This document shows positions 54,340 through 64,000 of a stretch of DNA of 64,000 nucleotides, piece by piece. Numbering within the stretch: position 1 is the first letter of the stretch; every line of letters starts with the position of its first letter. The notes below the pieces were generated by a model. That model was not told the DNA's origin and made no database searches. It saw only the letters and a program-made list of their open reading frames with translations. Made by a program: the position numbers and the translations under genes. The stretch comes from Sedimentisphaerales bacterium (GTDB lineage: Bacteria > Planctomycetota > Phycisphaerae > Sedimentisphaerales > Anaerobacaceae). The stretch is from positions 417,475 through 481,474 of the forward strand of contig JAXGYC010000010.1 in NCBI GenBank assembly GCA_040772485.1, written 5' to 3'.

Positions 54340-55662
54340 TCAGGCTCTGAGTCGATAGCCGAGGCGGCCGATCAGACCGGTCAGGCCGACGATGGCAAAG
54401 GCCATCGCCAGACAACCGAGGATGCTCACGATGACGGGCAGGTCGGGACGTTTGTAGAACGCCAGCGGCAGACCGATGAACGAGGCAGCCGTGAAGACGA
54501 ACGGATGCAGGATGTAGGCCATCAGCGGATTGGCCCCCGCGGGACGAACGACCACGCTCCAGGCGCCAAAGCCTCGCACGTCCATGATCCAGTACAACGC
54601 GGCCCACGTCAGCGCCGTCAGCGACGAGCAGAGGAAACACCACGCCGGCGTCGCCTGAATCTTGTTGATCCCATATAGCGGATCGAACAGCAGCGCGGCG
54701 GCAAGCAGGCCAACGGCATACCCCAAAGCCCATCGCAGCCGCTGGGCGTGCGTGCGAATCGGAGACTCGCCGGCGACGATGGTACCGAGGCAGCAGCCGG
54801 CCACCGAGATCGACGCGAGCGAGCCGAAAGACTGCCCGATCGAGACGTGCGAGCCTGCCCAGCCGTACGCGCGTTCGAGAAGCCCGATCGCCGGCGCGGC
54901 CCAAACGAGCCATGCCCGCGAATCGACCCGCGCAAACAGCCCTTCGCGATCCGCCACGTAGACCATCGCCAGAAGCCCGGCGACGCCGATCAGCCACTCG
55001 CGCCGGCGCCCGAATACGAGATAGACCAGCGACGCCACGAGATAAGCCCAGCCGATCAGTCCGAGGATGCCCCACCAGGAATGACGCAGCCAGACCGTGT
55101 CACTCGAATCGAACAGCGGACCGAGGACGAGACGCTTGCCGTCGGCGGTGCGATAGACCAGGGCCAGGACAGCCAATCCAACAAAGCCCATGATGCGCCA
55201 CACCTGGAACGTTCTGCGACGAAGCTCCGGGCCACGCGGCACGACAGGAAAGGCCAGGAAGATAGCCACGTACATCAGCAGCCCCCACAGACCGCGATAG
55301 CCGGGATTGTGCTGGTCCCGGTTGACCATCAGGACGCCCATCACCAGCAGCGACAGGGTCCGCGCAACGACCTTGGGCGCCAGCGAAAGCCCGGATCGGC
55401 CTGCCTCCAGCGCCCGGCCGAGCGACAGAGGGATCGACATTCCCATGATGAACAGGAACGCAGGGAAGACGACGTCGGGCAACGTCATGCCGTCGGCCTT
55501 GGCGCTGACGTGCCTGAGCCAGCTCGGCGCGCCTCGGACGCCCGCCACGTCGTTGACGAAGATCATCAGCAGGATGACCAGGCCGCGAAGCGCATCGACC
55601 GATGCGATCCGGCCCTCAGGCTCAAAGGTCGCAAGCTCGCTACGGAGACCTTCCTCGCTCAC
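54340..55662 (-). CDS. DUF5009/HGSNAT-like membrane protein
   Basis: RIASVDALRG..MIFVN, DVVFPAFLFIMG, WGILGLIGWAY, NK..ATP motifs; GTG start inferred. Confidence 0.8.
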   Translation of the reverse strand: MSEEGLRSELATFEPEGRIASVDALRGLVILLMIFVNDVAGVRGAPSWLRHVSAKADGMTLPDVVFPAFLFIMGMSIPLSLGRALEAGRSGLSLAPKVVARTLSLLVMGVLMVNRDQHNPGYRGLWGLLMYVAIFLAFPVVPRGPELRRRTFQVWRIMGFVGLAVLALVYRTADGKRLVLGPLFDSSDTVWLRHSWWGILGLIGWAYLVASLVYLVFGRRREWLIGVAGLLAMVYVADREGLFARVDSRAWLVWAAPAIGLLERAYGWAGSHVSIGQSFGSLASISVAGCCLGTIVAGESPIRTHAQRLRWALGYAVGLLAAALLFDPLYGINKIQATPAWCFLCSSLTALTWAALYWIMDVRGFGAWSVVVRPAGANPLMAYILHPFVFTAASFIGLPLAFYKRPDLPVIVSILGCLAMAFAIVGLTGLIGRLGYRLRA

Positions 55663-55682
55663 AGGGTTTCGTCTCCGCGCGT

Positions 55683-56708
55683 TCAGTCGGCCGCCTGGAG
55701 CAGCTTGAGCCCTTCGACGAGCGGTGGGAACTCGCTCCATTTCTTGCGCCCGCTCCACGTCGTGAACAGGTGCCCGAGCATCTTCGGATCGTCGAAGCGC
55801 CGGCTGTACCGGATCAGGGCGTTCGTCGCTTCCACCTTGTTCCATCCGGCCGGCCAGACGCGGAAGCCCTTCTCGATGAACATGGGCACCGAGGGGTACT
55901 CGTCCCGTTGCCCGTAATGCCAGTCGCAGATGATGATGTCCTTCGGGACCAGGTCGATGGCGGGCGCGGTCCCGCACTCGGACCCTTCCCACTTGCCGTA
56001 GCCGGTGGCTTTGCCGTCGATGAATCGGTCGCCCCACATGAGCATCTCGACGTGCCGTTTGCCGACCAGATGCGCACGCAGATCGTTGACCGCCTTGGCG
56101 AAAACCTCGGCCGGGTTCTTGCCCTTCGTCGAAGGCGACTGCTCCGAGCCGATCAGGAACACCTCGTCCATCCCGACGTGCATCGCGTCGGCGTCGAAGG
56201 CGTCGAGCAGCTCATCGAGCATGGGCAGCACGATCTCGTAAACCTTCGGATTCAGCGGGTCCCACTCGCGGCAGTAGATGCCCTCGTTGTTCGGGAACGC
56301 GCCGGGCGTCAGGTCCAGCTCCGGGTACTTCGTCAGCAGAGGGAACGTGCTCTTAGCCCAGGACTGATGCCCCAGGCACGAGAACTGCGGGATCAGTCGA
56401 ACGCCGTTGGCGCAGCAGGTCGCCACCAGCTTGCGCACCCCGTCGCGCGTCGCCGGCGCATCGCCCATGCGAAGCTCCGGGTGCGACTGATAGGCGAAGC
56501 CGTAGTTGATCTCGAGAATCAGGACGTTGATTCCCATCTCCGCCAGTGTCGGAATCTGCTCGCCCAGTCCAACCAGCGCTGCGTCGGTACCGTAGTTCAG
56601 CACGTGCAGACCGCGCCACTGCCCCGCCGCCGGAGCCGCTCCCGCCGAGACCGATGCGACGGCAACTGCAAGTGACGTCACGATACCAAACCGGATCGAT
56701 ATAGACAT
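55683..56708 (-). CDS. family 20 glycoside hydrolase-like protein
   Basis: Signal peptide; IPQFSCLGH, HVGMDEV, MWGDR, ICDWHY motifs. Confidence 0.8.
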   Translation of the reverse strand: MSISIRFGIVTSLAVAVASVSAGAAPAAGQWRGLHVLNYGTDAALVGLGEQIPTLAEMGINVLILEINYGFAYQSHPELRMGDAPATRDGVRKLVATCCANGVRLIPQFSCLGHQSWAKSTFPLLTKYPELDLTPGAFPNNEGIYCREWDPLNPKVYEIVLPMLDELLDAFDADAMHVGMDEVFLIGSEQSPSTKGKNPAEVFAKAVNDLRAHLVGKRHVEMLMWGDRFIDGKATGYGKWEGSECGTAPAIDLVPKDIIICDWHYGQRDEYPSVPMFIEKGFRVWPAGWNKVEATNALIRYSRRFDDPKMLGHLFTTWSGRKKWSEFPPLVEGLKLLQAAD

Positions 56709-57152
56709 GGCCGTTCCCTTTCAACGCGTCAGTTCCGCTGCTACGCCATTCGGATCATCCGTACGACCGCGCGATGCTCCACTCGTCACCGCCGGCCATT
56801 GTAGCCCGCCCCGCCCAGGCGGGCAAACAGAATACTCCCGGACCATCCATCTGTGTCTGTCGAGATCATAGGGCAGTACTCCCTTGAGGGCGCAAACCGC
56901 CAGGGGTGGCCGCCTCAAGTCCGCAGGACTTGGGGATGGATGGCATCGCAGAGGCCTTTCCGTACGTACGCACCACTCCCATTCGCCATCCCCAAAGCTC
57001 CGTTGCACTACGCTTTGAGACTGCCACCCACATGCCAGGGTGTTTTCACACACACATCCACCTGCCGGTCTTCAGTGCGATTGTCCGTCTGGGCACAAGA
57101 CCGGGATTCTGTTTGCCGTGATCCGGACGTACATCGGGATCAGGCATTCGTT

Positions 57153-57218
57153 GTTCGTAGTGACGCCGTCAGGCGTTACGTTCAAGGGCAAAGTACCCTT
57201 GCGGGCAACATTACGAAC
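57153..57218. repeat. GTAG REP pair upstream of a TA module
   Basis: GTAGTGACGCCGTCAGGCGTT (same family as 6921) plus an inverted degenerate partner. Confidence 0.6.
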
Positions 57219-57305
57219 GGGCGCTTCCGAGGCGCGTCCCAAAACGGATAATCGGGCAATACGACAGACTTGAATTGCGATGGTCTCGTACGGTATACTG
57301 ATGTC

Positions 57306-57488
57306 ATGACGGCAAAAGAGAAGGTCATTCGCACGGTTCAATCGCTGCCCGATGACGCCTCCATCGAGGACGCCATGGAGCGTCTGCTGCTGTTGGCCAA
57401 AGTCGAGCGGGGGCTCCAACAGGCCGAAGCCGGACAACTGATCCCGCATGAAGAGGTCAAGGAGCGCATGGCGAAATGGCTCAAGTGA
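57306..57488 (+). CDS. type II antitoxin
   Basis: MTAKE..LPDDASIED..GL....G..IPHEEVKER; overlaps the toxin gene. Confidence 0.8.
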   Translation: MTAKEKVIRTVQSLPDDASIEDAMERLLLLAKVERGLQQAEAGQLIPHEEVKERMAKWLK

Positions 57489-57772
57489 GGTGGACCCCTC
57501 AGGCAGCAGACGACCTCGACAACATCGCCGAATTCATCGCAGAAGACTCTTCTCACTTCGCCGGCCTCTTTGTGCTGGACATCCTCGAGGCCGCCGAGCG
57601 ACTCGCTGATTTCCCCCAGTGCGGCCGGATAGTCCCCGAGATCAACGACGCCGCGATTCGTGAGATCATCCTGGGCAATTATCGCATCATCTATCGCCTT
57701 CAAGTCGGATTGGCGGAGATATTGACCGTATTCCACGGAGCACGATTGCTTGACCCCGGACGGCTCAAGTAG
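57476..57772 (+). CDS. RelE/ParE family toxin
   Basis: VRWT.QA..DL..I, FP..GRIVPE, REII.GNYRIIY, V.HGAR motifs. Confidence 0.9.
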   Translation: MAQVRWTPQAADDLDNIAEFIAEDSSHFAGLFVLDILEAAERLADFPQCGRIVPEINDAAIREIILGNYRIIYRLQVGLAEILTVFHGARLLDPGRLK

Positions 57773-57908
57773 TCCAGCGGCTTTTTCGTTGTCGCGGGAC
57801 GGAGATTCGGGGACAATGGTCGCGACGGAGGCAGGCTTGATGTGTGCGCCGCGGTGATCGCGCGCCGCCCTGCCGGTCGAATAGGGTTTGGTTCCAGAGA
57901 GTCAGAGC

Positions 57909-58946
57909 ATGAGATTCCCCATCGCGTGGGCCGTGTTGGCGATGTTCGTCCTGAGCGCCGGTTGCGCAAGCGGCTACCGGTCCGGGCAGTCCTCCATGAC
58001 CGGTGGATACGCCAGCGAGCAGGAGGACTTCAACCTCTTCAGCGTCCGGTACGCCGGAAACGCATTCGTCTCGGAGCAGAAGGCGTCGGATCTGGTGCTC
58101 ATGCGCGCCGCGGAGGTGACCCTGGAACACGGCTTCGAGTATCTGGCGGTGATCGCCTCTCAGAATGAGGTGAATGGCCTGGGCAAGCCGTCTGCGGAGC
58201 TGCTCGTCGCCTGCTTCCGGGAGGATCCCAAGCATGCCCGCCCGTCGTACGACGTCTACAAGGCGTCGGACGCGTTCACGGAGATGGCCCTGAAGTATGA
58301 ACTCAAGCGAGGCGCCGAACCGATCCAGCCCAAGCGAGGCGCCTTCACGCCGGCCCCCGATTCGGTCCAGTTCCGCGTCGCGCCATGGTACGCGGCCGAG
58401 CCGATCGCCGTCGAGGACGTCGAGTACATCGTTCGAGGCACCTCCGGCTTCGACATGGACGGAACCTGGGTGGGACGTTACGCCGATCTGGAGAATCCTC
58501 TGACGACGGTCGACGACTTCATCGAGGCGGCCAAACCGATCGCCGCGAGGTACGGCGCCAATGCGATCGTGGTCGAAGACGACCCCGCCCGCATCCATGG
58601 GACCGCCCGCTTTCGCGACGTCGAAGAGTCGCTCATCGGCTTCGTAGCCGACCTGTACATGGTCCCGACGGCCTCGCTGGGGATCGAATGGGAGCCGGGA
58701 GACATGCTGCTCGGCAAGTACATCATCCGCCGATTTCGCCCTGGCAGCCGCTGCGCCGAGGCCGGCCTGAAGCTCGGAGACAAGGTCCTGGCCGTCAACA
58801 ACGTCGACGTGCTCGAAACCAACGGACTGCTCCGCCAGTCGATGAAGTGGTCCGTCGGCGAGAAGGCCATGCTCGCCGTCGTCCGCGACGGCCAGGAAAC
58901 TGTCATCGAAGTCCCGCTGGTCCCCAACATCCTCGTGGCCCGCTGA
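57909..58946 (+). CDS. lipoprotein with C-terminal PDZ domain
   Basis: Lipobox SAGC; GS.AEAGLK.GD.VLAVN, V.RDG motifs. Confidence 0.75.
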   Translation: MRFPIAWAVLAMFVLSAGCASGYRSGQSSMTGGYASEQEDFNLFSVRYAGNAFVSEQKASDLVLMRAAEVTLEHGFEYLAVIASQNEVNGLGKPSAELLVACFREDPKHARPSYDVYKASDAFTEMALKYELKRGAEPIQPKRGAFTPAPDSVQFRVAPWYAAEPIAVEDVEYIVRGTSGFDMDGTWVGRYADLENPLTTVDDFIEAAKPIAARYGANAIVVEDDPARIHGTARFRDVEESLIGFVADLYMVPTASLGIEWEPGDMLLGKYIIRRFRPGSRCAEAGLKLGDKVLAVNNVDVLETNGLLRQSMKWSVGEKAMLAVVRDGQETVIEVPLVPNILVAR

Positions 58947-59064
58947 CCCGAACGGACGCGCATTTCATTCACAAAGATCACATCAAAAACAGGCGGATTT
59001 CGCGCACATTTCTGCGGCGGCGTTACACTATTGGGGTGAACGCTGAGCTCAGCGCACCGGTGAA

Positions 59065-59619
59065 ATGAGCAGGTTTGACATGAGAATCGAATCGCAGGAA
59101 CGATCGGATGCGGTTCTGGTCGAGGCGGCCCAGGGCGGCCATCTGGACAGCTTCGGGGCTCTCTATCAGCGCTATCACAATCCCATCGTGGCCCTGGCCT
59201 ACGCTCGACTGGGCGACAAGCACGCGGCCGAAGACGCCGCCCAGGAGGTGTTCGCCATCGCCTGCCGGGAGTTGCCTTCGCTGCGGGACCGCGACAAGTT
59301 CGGCCCCTGGCTGGGCGGAATCTGCCGCAACGTGACAAGGCAGATGCGCCGGAGGAGGTTCAAGCCCGTCCCGCTGCCGGCCGAACCGGCCGACGAGCGG
59401 CAGTGCGAGGACGATGAGCGATGGGAGGCGGTTCGCCGGGCGGTGTGGAGTCTGCCCGACGCCGAGCGAGAGCTGATCGTGATGCGGTACTTCGATGGAT
59501 TCAGCCAGGCCCGGATTTCGGCGGTCCTGGACATCACCCCATCGGCCGTCAACGGCCGGCTCGTGCGAGCGAAACACAAAGTGGCACAGTGGTTGAAACG
59601 TAATGGTTTCGGGAGCTAA
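59065..59619 (+). CDS. ECF sigma factor
   Basis: AEDAAQEVF, FGPWL..I..N, LP..RE...RYFDG motifs. Confidence 0.9.
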   Translation: MSRFDMRIESQERSDAVLVEAAQGGHLDSFGALYQRYHNPIVALAYARLGDKHAAEDAAQEVFAIACRELPSLRDRDKFGPWLGGICRNVTRQMRRRRFKPVPLPAEPADERQCEDDERWEAVRRAVWSLPDAERELIVMRYFDGFSQARISAVLDITPSAVNGRLVRAKHKVAQWLKRNGFGS

Positions 59620-59622
59620 GTC

Positions 59623-60696
59623 ATGGCACGCGTGAACGACGAAAACTGGTTGGACGAGGCGCTGGACAAGGCCATCGGCTCGGACGATACGCGGCCCGAC
59701 TTCGAAGCGTGGAAAGCCCGCCATCCCGAGGCCGTGCAAGAGCTCACCTCGCGGACGCCGCAGCAGCAGCGCCCGCCCCGGATAAGGAGAATCGCCATGA
59801 ACGGCCTGTTTGTCAAACTCGCGGCCGCCGCCGCGATTGTCATCGCCGGAATCTTCGGCATCTATCAGTATTCACAATCGCCTGGGTGGATGTGCTGGCA
59901 TGTGACACTCCTGGAGGGCCCGACGATCCATACGCTCGGCGATGGCTCAACCGTCAAGCTTGCTGAGAGCGCCCAGGTCTGGCTCTACTCCGACAAGAAT
60001 GCCAGGGGTTTCACACACATCGCCGGCGTGATCGATGTCACGGTCGCGAAGGGCAAAGGCGAATTCGTCGTGCACACGCCCTATGGTGACGTCAAGGCCC
60101 TGGGCACGCAGTTCACGCTGGACCTCGTGGACGGCGTCGCCGACACCGGTCAGCAGGTCCAACTGCTGGCGGTCGAGGTCACCAAGGGCAAGGTCGAGGT
60201 CCGCAACGCCAAGGGCGCGACGACGCTGAAGGCCAGGCAGGACGCCATCGTCGGGAAGGATGTGGCGCCGTACGACTTCCGTCAGGACCAGACGCTGCCC
60301 GCCCGACTGAAGGAACGGATTGGGGCGATGGTGGCTGCCTTCGAGGCCGGCGACCGGGTCGCCTGGGCCGCGAATTTCAACCAGGACTACGTCTACAGGC
60401 TGGTCAAAGGCCAGGTCCCGTACGATCCCAACCTCTTCGGCGGCACCGCCGAGGACGTCGAGCGGCTCAAGCAGACCGTCGCCCAAGTCAAGAGTATCGA
60501 GGAGATGAAGCAGATGCTCCTGCGTGGGGTCAATATTACCGAACCGATCGTGGTGTACGTGCGAGGGGTCGAGCTCAGCCAGGACGGCCAACACGCGCGG
60601 GCCGAGTGCATTCGTCGCAAGAGCGCGAACCATATCGTCATCACCCGCCCGGAGTGGCACCACTTCGACAACGACTGGTGGCAGGTCGACGACTGA
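59623..60696 (+). CDS. FecR-like anti-sigma factor
   Basis: Single TM; L.DGS.V.L, V.ALGT.F, V.V..GKV motifs. Confidence 0.8.
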   Translation: MARVNDENWLDEALDKAIGSDDTRPDFEAWKARHPEAVQELTSRTPQQQRPPRIRRIAMNGLFVKLAAAAAIVIAGIFGIYQYSQSPGWMCWHVTLLEGPTIHTLGDGSTVKLAESAQVWLYSDKNARGFTHIAGVIDVTVAKGKGEFVVHTPYGDVKALGTQFTLDLVDGVADTGQQVQLLAVEVTKGKVEVRNAKGATTLKARQDAIVGKDVAPYDFRQDQTLPARLKERIGAMVAAFEAGDRVAWAANFNQDYVYRLVKGQVPYDPNLFGGTAEDVERLKQTVAQVKSIEEMKQMLLRGVNITEPIVVYVRGVELSQDGQHARAECIRRKSANHIVITRPEWHHFDNDWWQVDD

Positions 60697-60721
60697 TCGC
60701 CACAGCCTGCAAGCCTCACCC

Positions 60722-60755
60722 GAGCCGGGTCCCCGTGATACCCGGCTCTTTTTTT
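60722..60755 (+). terminator. intrinsic terminator
   Basis: GAGCCGGGT/ACCCGGCTC stem plus T7. Confidence 0.85.
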
Positions 60756-60834
60756 GCGCCCACCTCCCAGGAGAACGCAACAGCACGACAGCTCGTGCAT
60801 TATGATAGGTGAACACCGACTCCGGAGCCGTGCG

Positions 60835-61434
60835 ATGGCAAATGAGGCAATCGAGGTCAGATTCGACAGTCCGCCTGAGGTTTTCGACGAGGACGAGATG
60901 CTCGTCGCGGCCGCTTGCGAGGACACGCAGGCGGCGGGAAGGCTCTACGACAAGCACTATGAAGCGATCTTTCGCTATATCTGTCGCTGCACGCCGGACC
61001 GCGCGACCGCCGAAGACCTGACCTCAAACGTGTTCCTGGCCGCATTTCGCCATCTGAAGCGCCTTCGCTGGCGACCGATGCGGTTTCAGGCCTGGCTTTA
61101 TCGGATCGCCACGAACGAGATTCGGATGCAGTATCGCAGGGCCAAGCGCATCCGAGTCTGGCGTACGACAACGGGCGGCTGCGGCACAGATACCGCCCCA
61201 CCAGCCAGTGACCGGTCGGCAGCAGCGGAAGAGTATCGTCTGCTGCACGAGGCTCTGCTGCGTCTGAAACCGAAGTATCGTACGGTGATCGTGCTGCGGT
61301 ATTTCGAGGATCGGACGATCGCGGAGATCGCCGAGATCACAGGCCGCAAGGAAGGGACGCTCCGCTGTCACTTGCATCGTGGGCTGGCCCAATTGCAGGA
61401 TATCCTTTCACGTTATGGCGTATGGCCCCAATAG
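60835..61434 (+). CDS. ECF sigma factor
   Basis: AEDLTSNVF, AWLYRIA.N, VLRYFED..IAEIAEI motifs. Confidence 0.9.
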   Translation: MANEAIEVRFDSPPEVFDEDEMLVAAACEDTQAAGRLYDKHYEAIFRYICRCTPDRATAEDLTSNVFLAAFRHLKRLRWRPMRFQAWLYRIATNEIRMQYRRAKRIRVWRTTTGGCGTDTAPPASDRSAAAEEYRLLHEALLRLKPKYRTVIVLRYFEDRTIAEIAEITGRKEGTLRCHLHRGLAQLQDILSRYGVWPQ

Positions 61435-61444
61435 GGGGTGGACC

Positions 61445-62164
61445 ATGGACAAGAACATCGAACGAATCGACGAGTATCTCAGAACCGTTGCCCTGCCGGA
61501 GCCCGCACCCGGCCGCCATCGGCACGAGCTGCGCCGGCAGGTGCTCAAGGAAATCGAAAGGAGACGGACCATGTCCGCACGAGGAAGAAACTGGAAGCTG
61601 GCAGCGGTGGCTGCCGTACTGTTGGGCGCCGGAGCCCTGTCCGCTGTCGGCGTGAATATCGGAAGGATCTACTACCGGGGCAAAACCGAGGACGGCGCCG
61701 CCCACATCTTCTACAGCGAAGGGGGCGAAGGGACCTCGGGCGAGCTCTTCATCACCACGGACGCCAATGGCGTCACGGACGTGGAGCAGACCCGAACGGA
61801 CCTGGAAGAAATGCAGGGCCTGAGTCAGCAGGGCAAGAAGGAACTGGTCCGCGTCAAAGAGACGGTCATCGGCGACTATCGGCTGAAGAAGCACGAGTAC
61901 CGGTATCAACTTGCGGACGGGCGAACCCAGGAGATGGGCGAACCTGCCGCCGACACGCCCATGTACAGCCAGGAGCAATGGGAAGAATTCAGTCCGCAGT
62001 TGAAGGAATTCTGGGGACTCCGCGACGCAGGACCGGGAGAGGACCTCGGCACGCATGAGGAAACCGTGGCCGGCCGTGTCTTCTCCTTCAAACGGGAACG
62101 GTACGTCCTCGGCGATGGCACCGAAGCGATCTGGTCCGTTGGCACGCCCAAGGACGGCCAATAG
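61445..62164 (+). CDS. putative anti-sigma factor with two ~60-aa repeats
   Basis: Directly after the ECF gene; single TM; two Y.L.DG repeats. Confidence 0.7.
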   Translation: MDKNIERIDEYLRTVALPEPAPGRHRHELRRQVLKEIERRRTMSARGRNWKLAAVAAVLLGAGALSAVGVNIGRIYYRGKTEDGAAHIFYSEGGEGTSGELFITTDANGVTDVEQTRTDLEEMQGLSQQGKKELVRVKETVIGDYRLKKHEYRYQLADGRTQEMGEPAADTPMYSQEQWEEFSPQLKEFWGLRDAGPGEDLGTHEETVAGRVFSFKRERYVLGDGTEAIWSVGTPKDGQ

Positions 62165-62194
62165 CCTCAAGATCGAATTCTCCTCCTGACACAA

Positions 62195-62228
62195 GAGCCG
62201 GGCTTCCGTGAGACCCGGCTTTTCTTTT
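62195..62228 (+). terminator. intrinsic terminator
   Basis: AGCCGGG/CCCGGCT stem plus T-rich tail; similar to 60722. Confidence 0.8.
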
Positions 62229-62351
62229 GCGCGGAACGGTCTTGCGGCGGTCACAAGTTGCGCAGAAAAACCGGGATTTCTGGTATTGGAGCGGAGTCCT
62301 CCGGCGTGATAATGGTGGAAAACGATCGTTTCCGACAATGCCGAGCGGTTC

Positions 62352-62888
62352 ATGATTGAAGATGAACTACTGAAACTCGGGCTCAAACGGGGCCGGCCGG
62401 AGGCGCTGCGGCGCATCTACGAGAAGTACCTGAACTACATGCTCAGCGTGGCGATGGCATTTCTCAACGATGCCCATGCGGCCGAGGACGTGGTGCACGA
62501 CGTCTTCGTGTCGCTGACCCGCTCGCCGGACCGGTTCAGGCTCACCGGGAACCTGAAGCACTATCTGGCGACTTGCGTCGCCAACAAGGCCCGGGACTAT
62601 CTTCGAGCGGGCAAGCGCAGCGATGTTCGGGTTCGTGCGATCGCCGAGCCGCAGCGCGAGGCGGGTTCGCCCGAAGAAAGCCTGATCTGCGACGAGCAGG
62701 CCCGGCAGGTGTACGAAGCGCTGGCCCAGGTCCCGTACGAGATGCGCGAGGTGGTCGCGCTGCGGATCAAAGCCGGCATGGGATTCAAGCAGATTGCCCG
62801 GATGCAGAACGCCTCGTACGTGGCCGTCCAGGCACGCTACCGACGAGGCATCGAGACACTGCGGTCACTTCTGAATGGAAGGCTCTGA
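62352..62888 (+). CDS. ECF sigma factor
   Basis: AEDVVHDVF, LKHYL....N, REVVAL...GM.F..IA motifs. Confidence 0.9.
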   Translation: MIEDELLKLGLKRGRPEALRRIYEKYLNYMLSVAMAFLNDAHAAEDVVHDVFVSLTRSPDRFRLTGNLKHYLATCVANKARDYLRAGKRSDVRVRAIAEPQREAGSPEESLICDEQARQVYEALAQVPYEMREVVALRIKAGMGFKQIARMQNASYVAVQARYRRGIETLRSLLNGRL

Positions 62889-62889
62889 G

Positions 62890-64000
62890 ATGAGACCGGC
62901 AGAGAAGACAGAACACGCAATCAAGAAAGCGAACTGTGAGGCCTCCGAGCAGACGCGACAGCGCCTGTGGCAGTCAATCGTTCAGACGCAGCGGGCGTCG
63001 TCGACCGCCCCATCGGAACTCACGAATCCAAGCGCAGGGAGATTCCTCATGAACGCAAGAATTCTGAAAGTGGCGCTGGTGCTGGCCCTGATCATCGCAG
63101 GGGCGATCGGCGCGACCATCGGCGTGAGAGTGTATCGGTACCATTTTGTGGGTCAGGACACCGAGGGCAGATACCACTTCGAGTCGGAACCTGAAATCGT
63201 CTATCAAAGGACCAGCCAGGACGCCAATGGCTACACCGAGGGCGTGGGCGTCGCCGGCGGCAGTTCGGTGGTGATGGGTGGGCGTGACTCCGAGGAGGTG
63301 AACGTCGAACAGATGCAGAGCGATCTGGAAGAGATCGCCCGACTGCGAGCCCAGGGCCTCGGAGAACTGGTGGGAGTCTTCGACACCCAGGTCAACGGTC
63401 ACTTCACCCGAGGGTACCAGGTCAAATATGCGCTGGCGGATGGCCGCACCATCACCATAGGCGAGAATGCACCGAACGTGGACAAACAGCGGACCCCCGT
63501 CCAGAGGGAAAACGACTTCGCGGAAGTCGCCCGCCTGCGCGAGCAGGGCCGCCGCGAGGTGACCCAGGTGACCGAGTACGATCTGGACGGCCAGGTCATG
63601 CGCGTGCTGGCATGCCGCTATGTGCTGGCCGGCGGCCGGGAGATCGGCATGGGGGAAGGCGATCCGGAGCTGCCACCACCGACGAAGATCCTTGCCCCGG
63701 AGCAGATCTTCGAAGTAGGACGCATCAAGACCCTCGGACAAGGTGAATCGCTCGGCACATCCCAGAGGCAGATGTACGGCAAGACCTTCACTTTCCAGAC
63801 GCGTCGCTTCACGCTCGCCGACGGCACCGTCGTGACCTGCGCCGAAGGCACGCCCGTGGGAGGCAAGATCACTCTGACCGAGGCCGATTGGGACGAGTTG
63901 AAGGCATTGACCGTACAGGGCGCCGGCGAGGACCTGGGCAGCTATGAGGAAGAGATTAACGGGGTGGTGTTCGTCTTCCCGCGCACGCGCTACACCCTCC
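62890..64000 (+). CDS. putative anti-sigma factor with at least four ~60-aa repeats (runs off the window)
   Basis: ATG at 62890, MRPAEKTEHAIKK..., TM VALVLALIIAGAIG, no stop before 64000; paralog of 61445. Confidence 0.75.
   Translation, partial: MRPAEKTEHAIKKANCEASEQTRQRLWQSIVQTQRASSTAPSELTNPSAGRFLMNARILKVALVLALIIAGAIGATIGVRVYRYHFVGQDTEGRYHFESEPEIVYQRTSQDANGYTEGVGVAGGSSVVMGGRDSEEVNVEQMQSDLEEIARLRAQGLGELVGVFDTQVNGHFTRGYQVKYALADGRTITIGENAPNVDKQRTPVQRENDFAEVARLREQGRREVTQVTEYDLDGQVMRVLACRYVLAGGREIGMGEGDPELPPPTKILAPEQIFEVGRIKTLGQGESLGTSQRQMYGKTFTFQTRRFTLADGTVVTCAEGTPVGGKITLTEADWDELKALTVQGAGEDLGSYEEEINGVVFVFPRTRYTL

Noticed and set aside
54236..55075. N-terminal extension of the 1142-aa ORF
   Set aside because: It overlaps the DUF5009 gene in another frame; the signal peptide and RBS indicate a start at 54235.

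Overview
High-GC bacterial window, most likely a planctomycete (short 5S rRNA, prepilin/H-X9-DG protein, Tat sulfatase, tandem ECF pairs). The backbone has a DHS-like protein, AGE epimerase, HEAT protein, large discoidin/fasciclin exoprotein, hisI, arsR-arsC-arsM-acr3, carbohydrate and sulfatase genes, and three ECF sigma/anti-sigma pairs. A tRNA-Ile/tRNA-Ala/23S/5S operon has its own promoter and no 16S. Two lower-GC putative defence islands lie on either side of it. (1) SIR2-HerA sits inside a ~364-bp inverted repeat, with an IS630 element clipping the SIR2 C-terminus. (2) An RHH-GNAT-NACHT operon has an IS3 element clipping the GNAT C-terminus. Both islands are bounded by inward-facing copies of the same ~25-bp site (GTACC[T/G]GACAC[C/T]TTTAATTCCCCC), and no cognate recombinase is in the window. 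Accessory genes (TA modules, DUF2971, HNH-AP2, four-helix bundle) lie among GTAG/GTCA REP-like palindromes and 7-/9-bp tandem arrays, which several times supply a gene's stop codon or promoter. This suggests a repeat-mediated gene-capture system. All product calls come from motif recognition; no searches were run.
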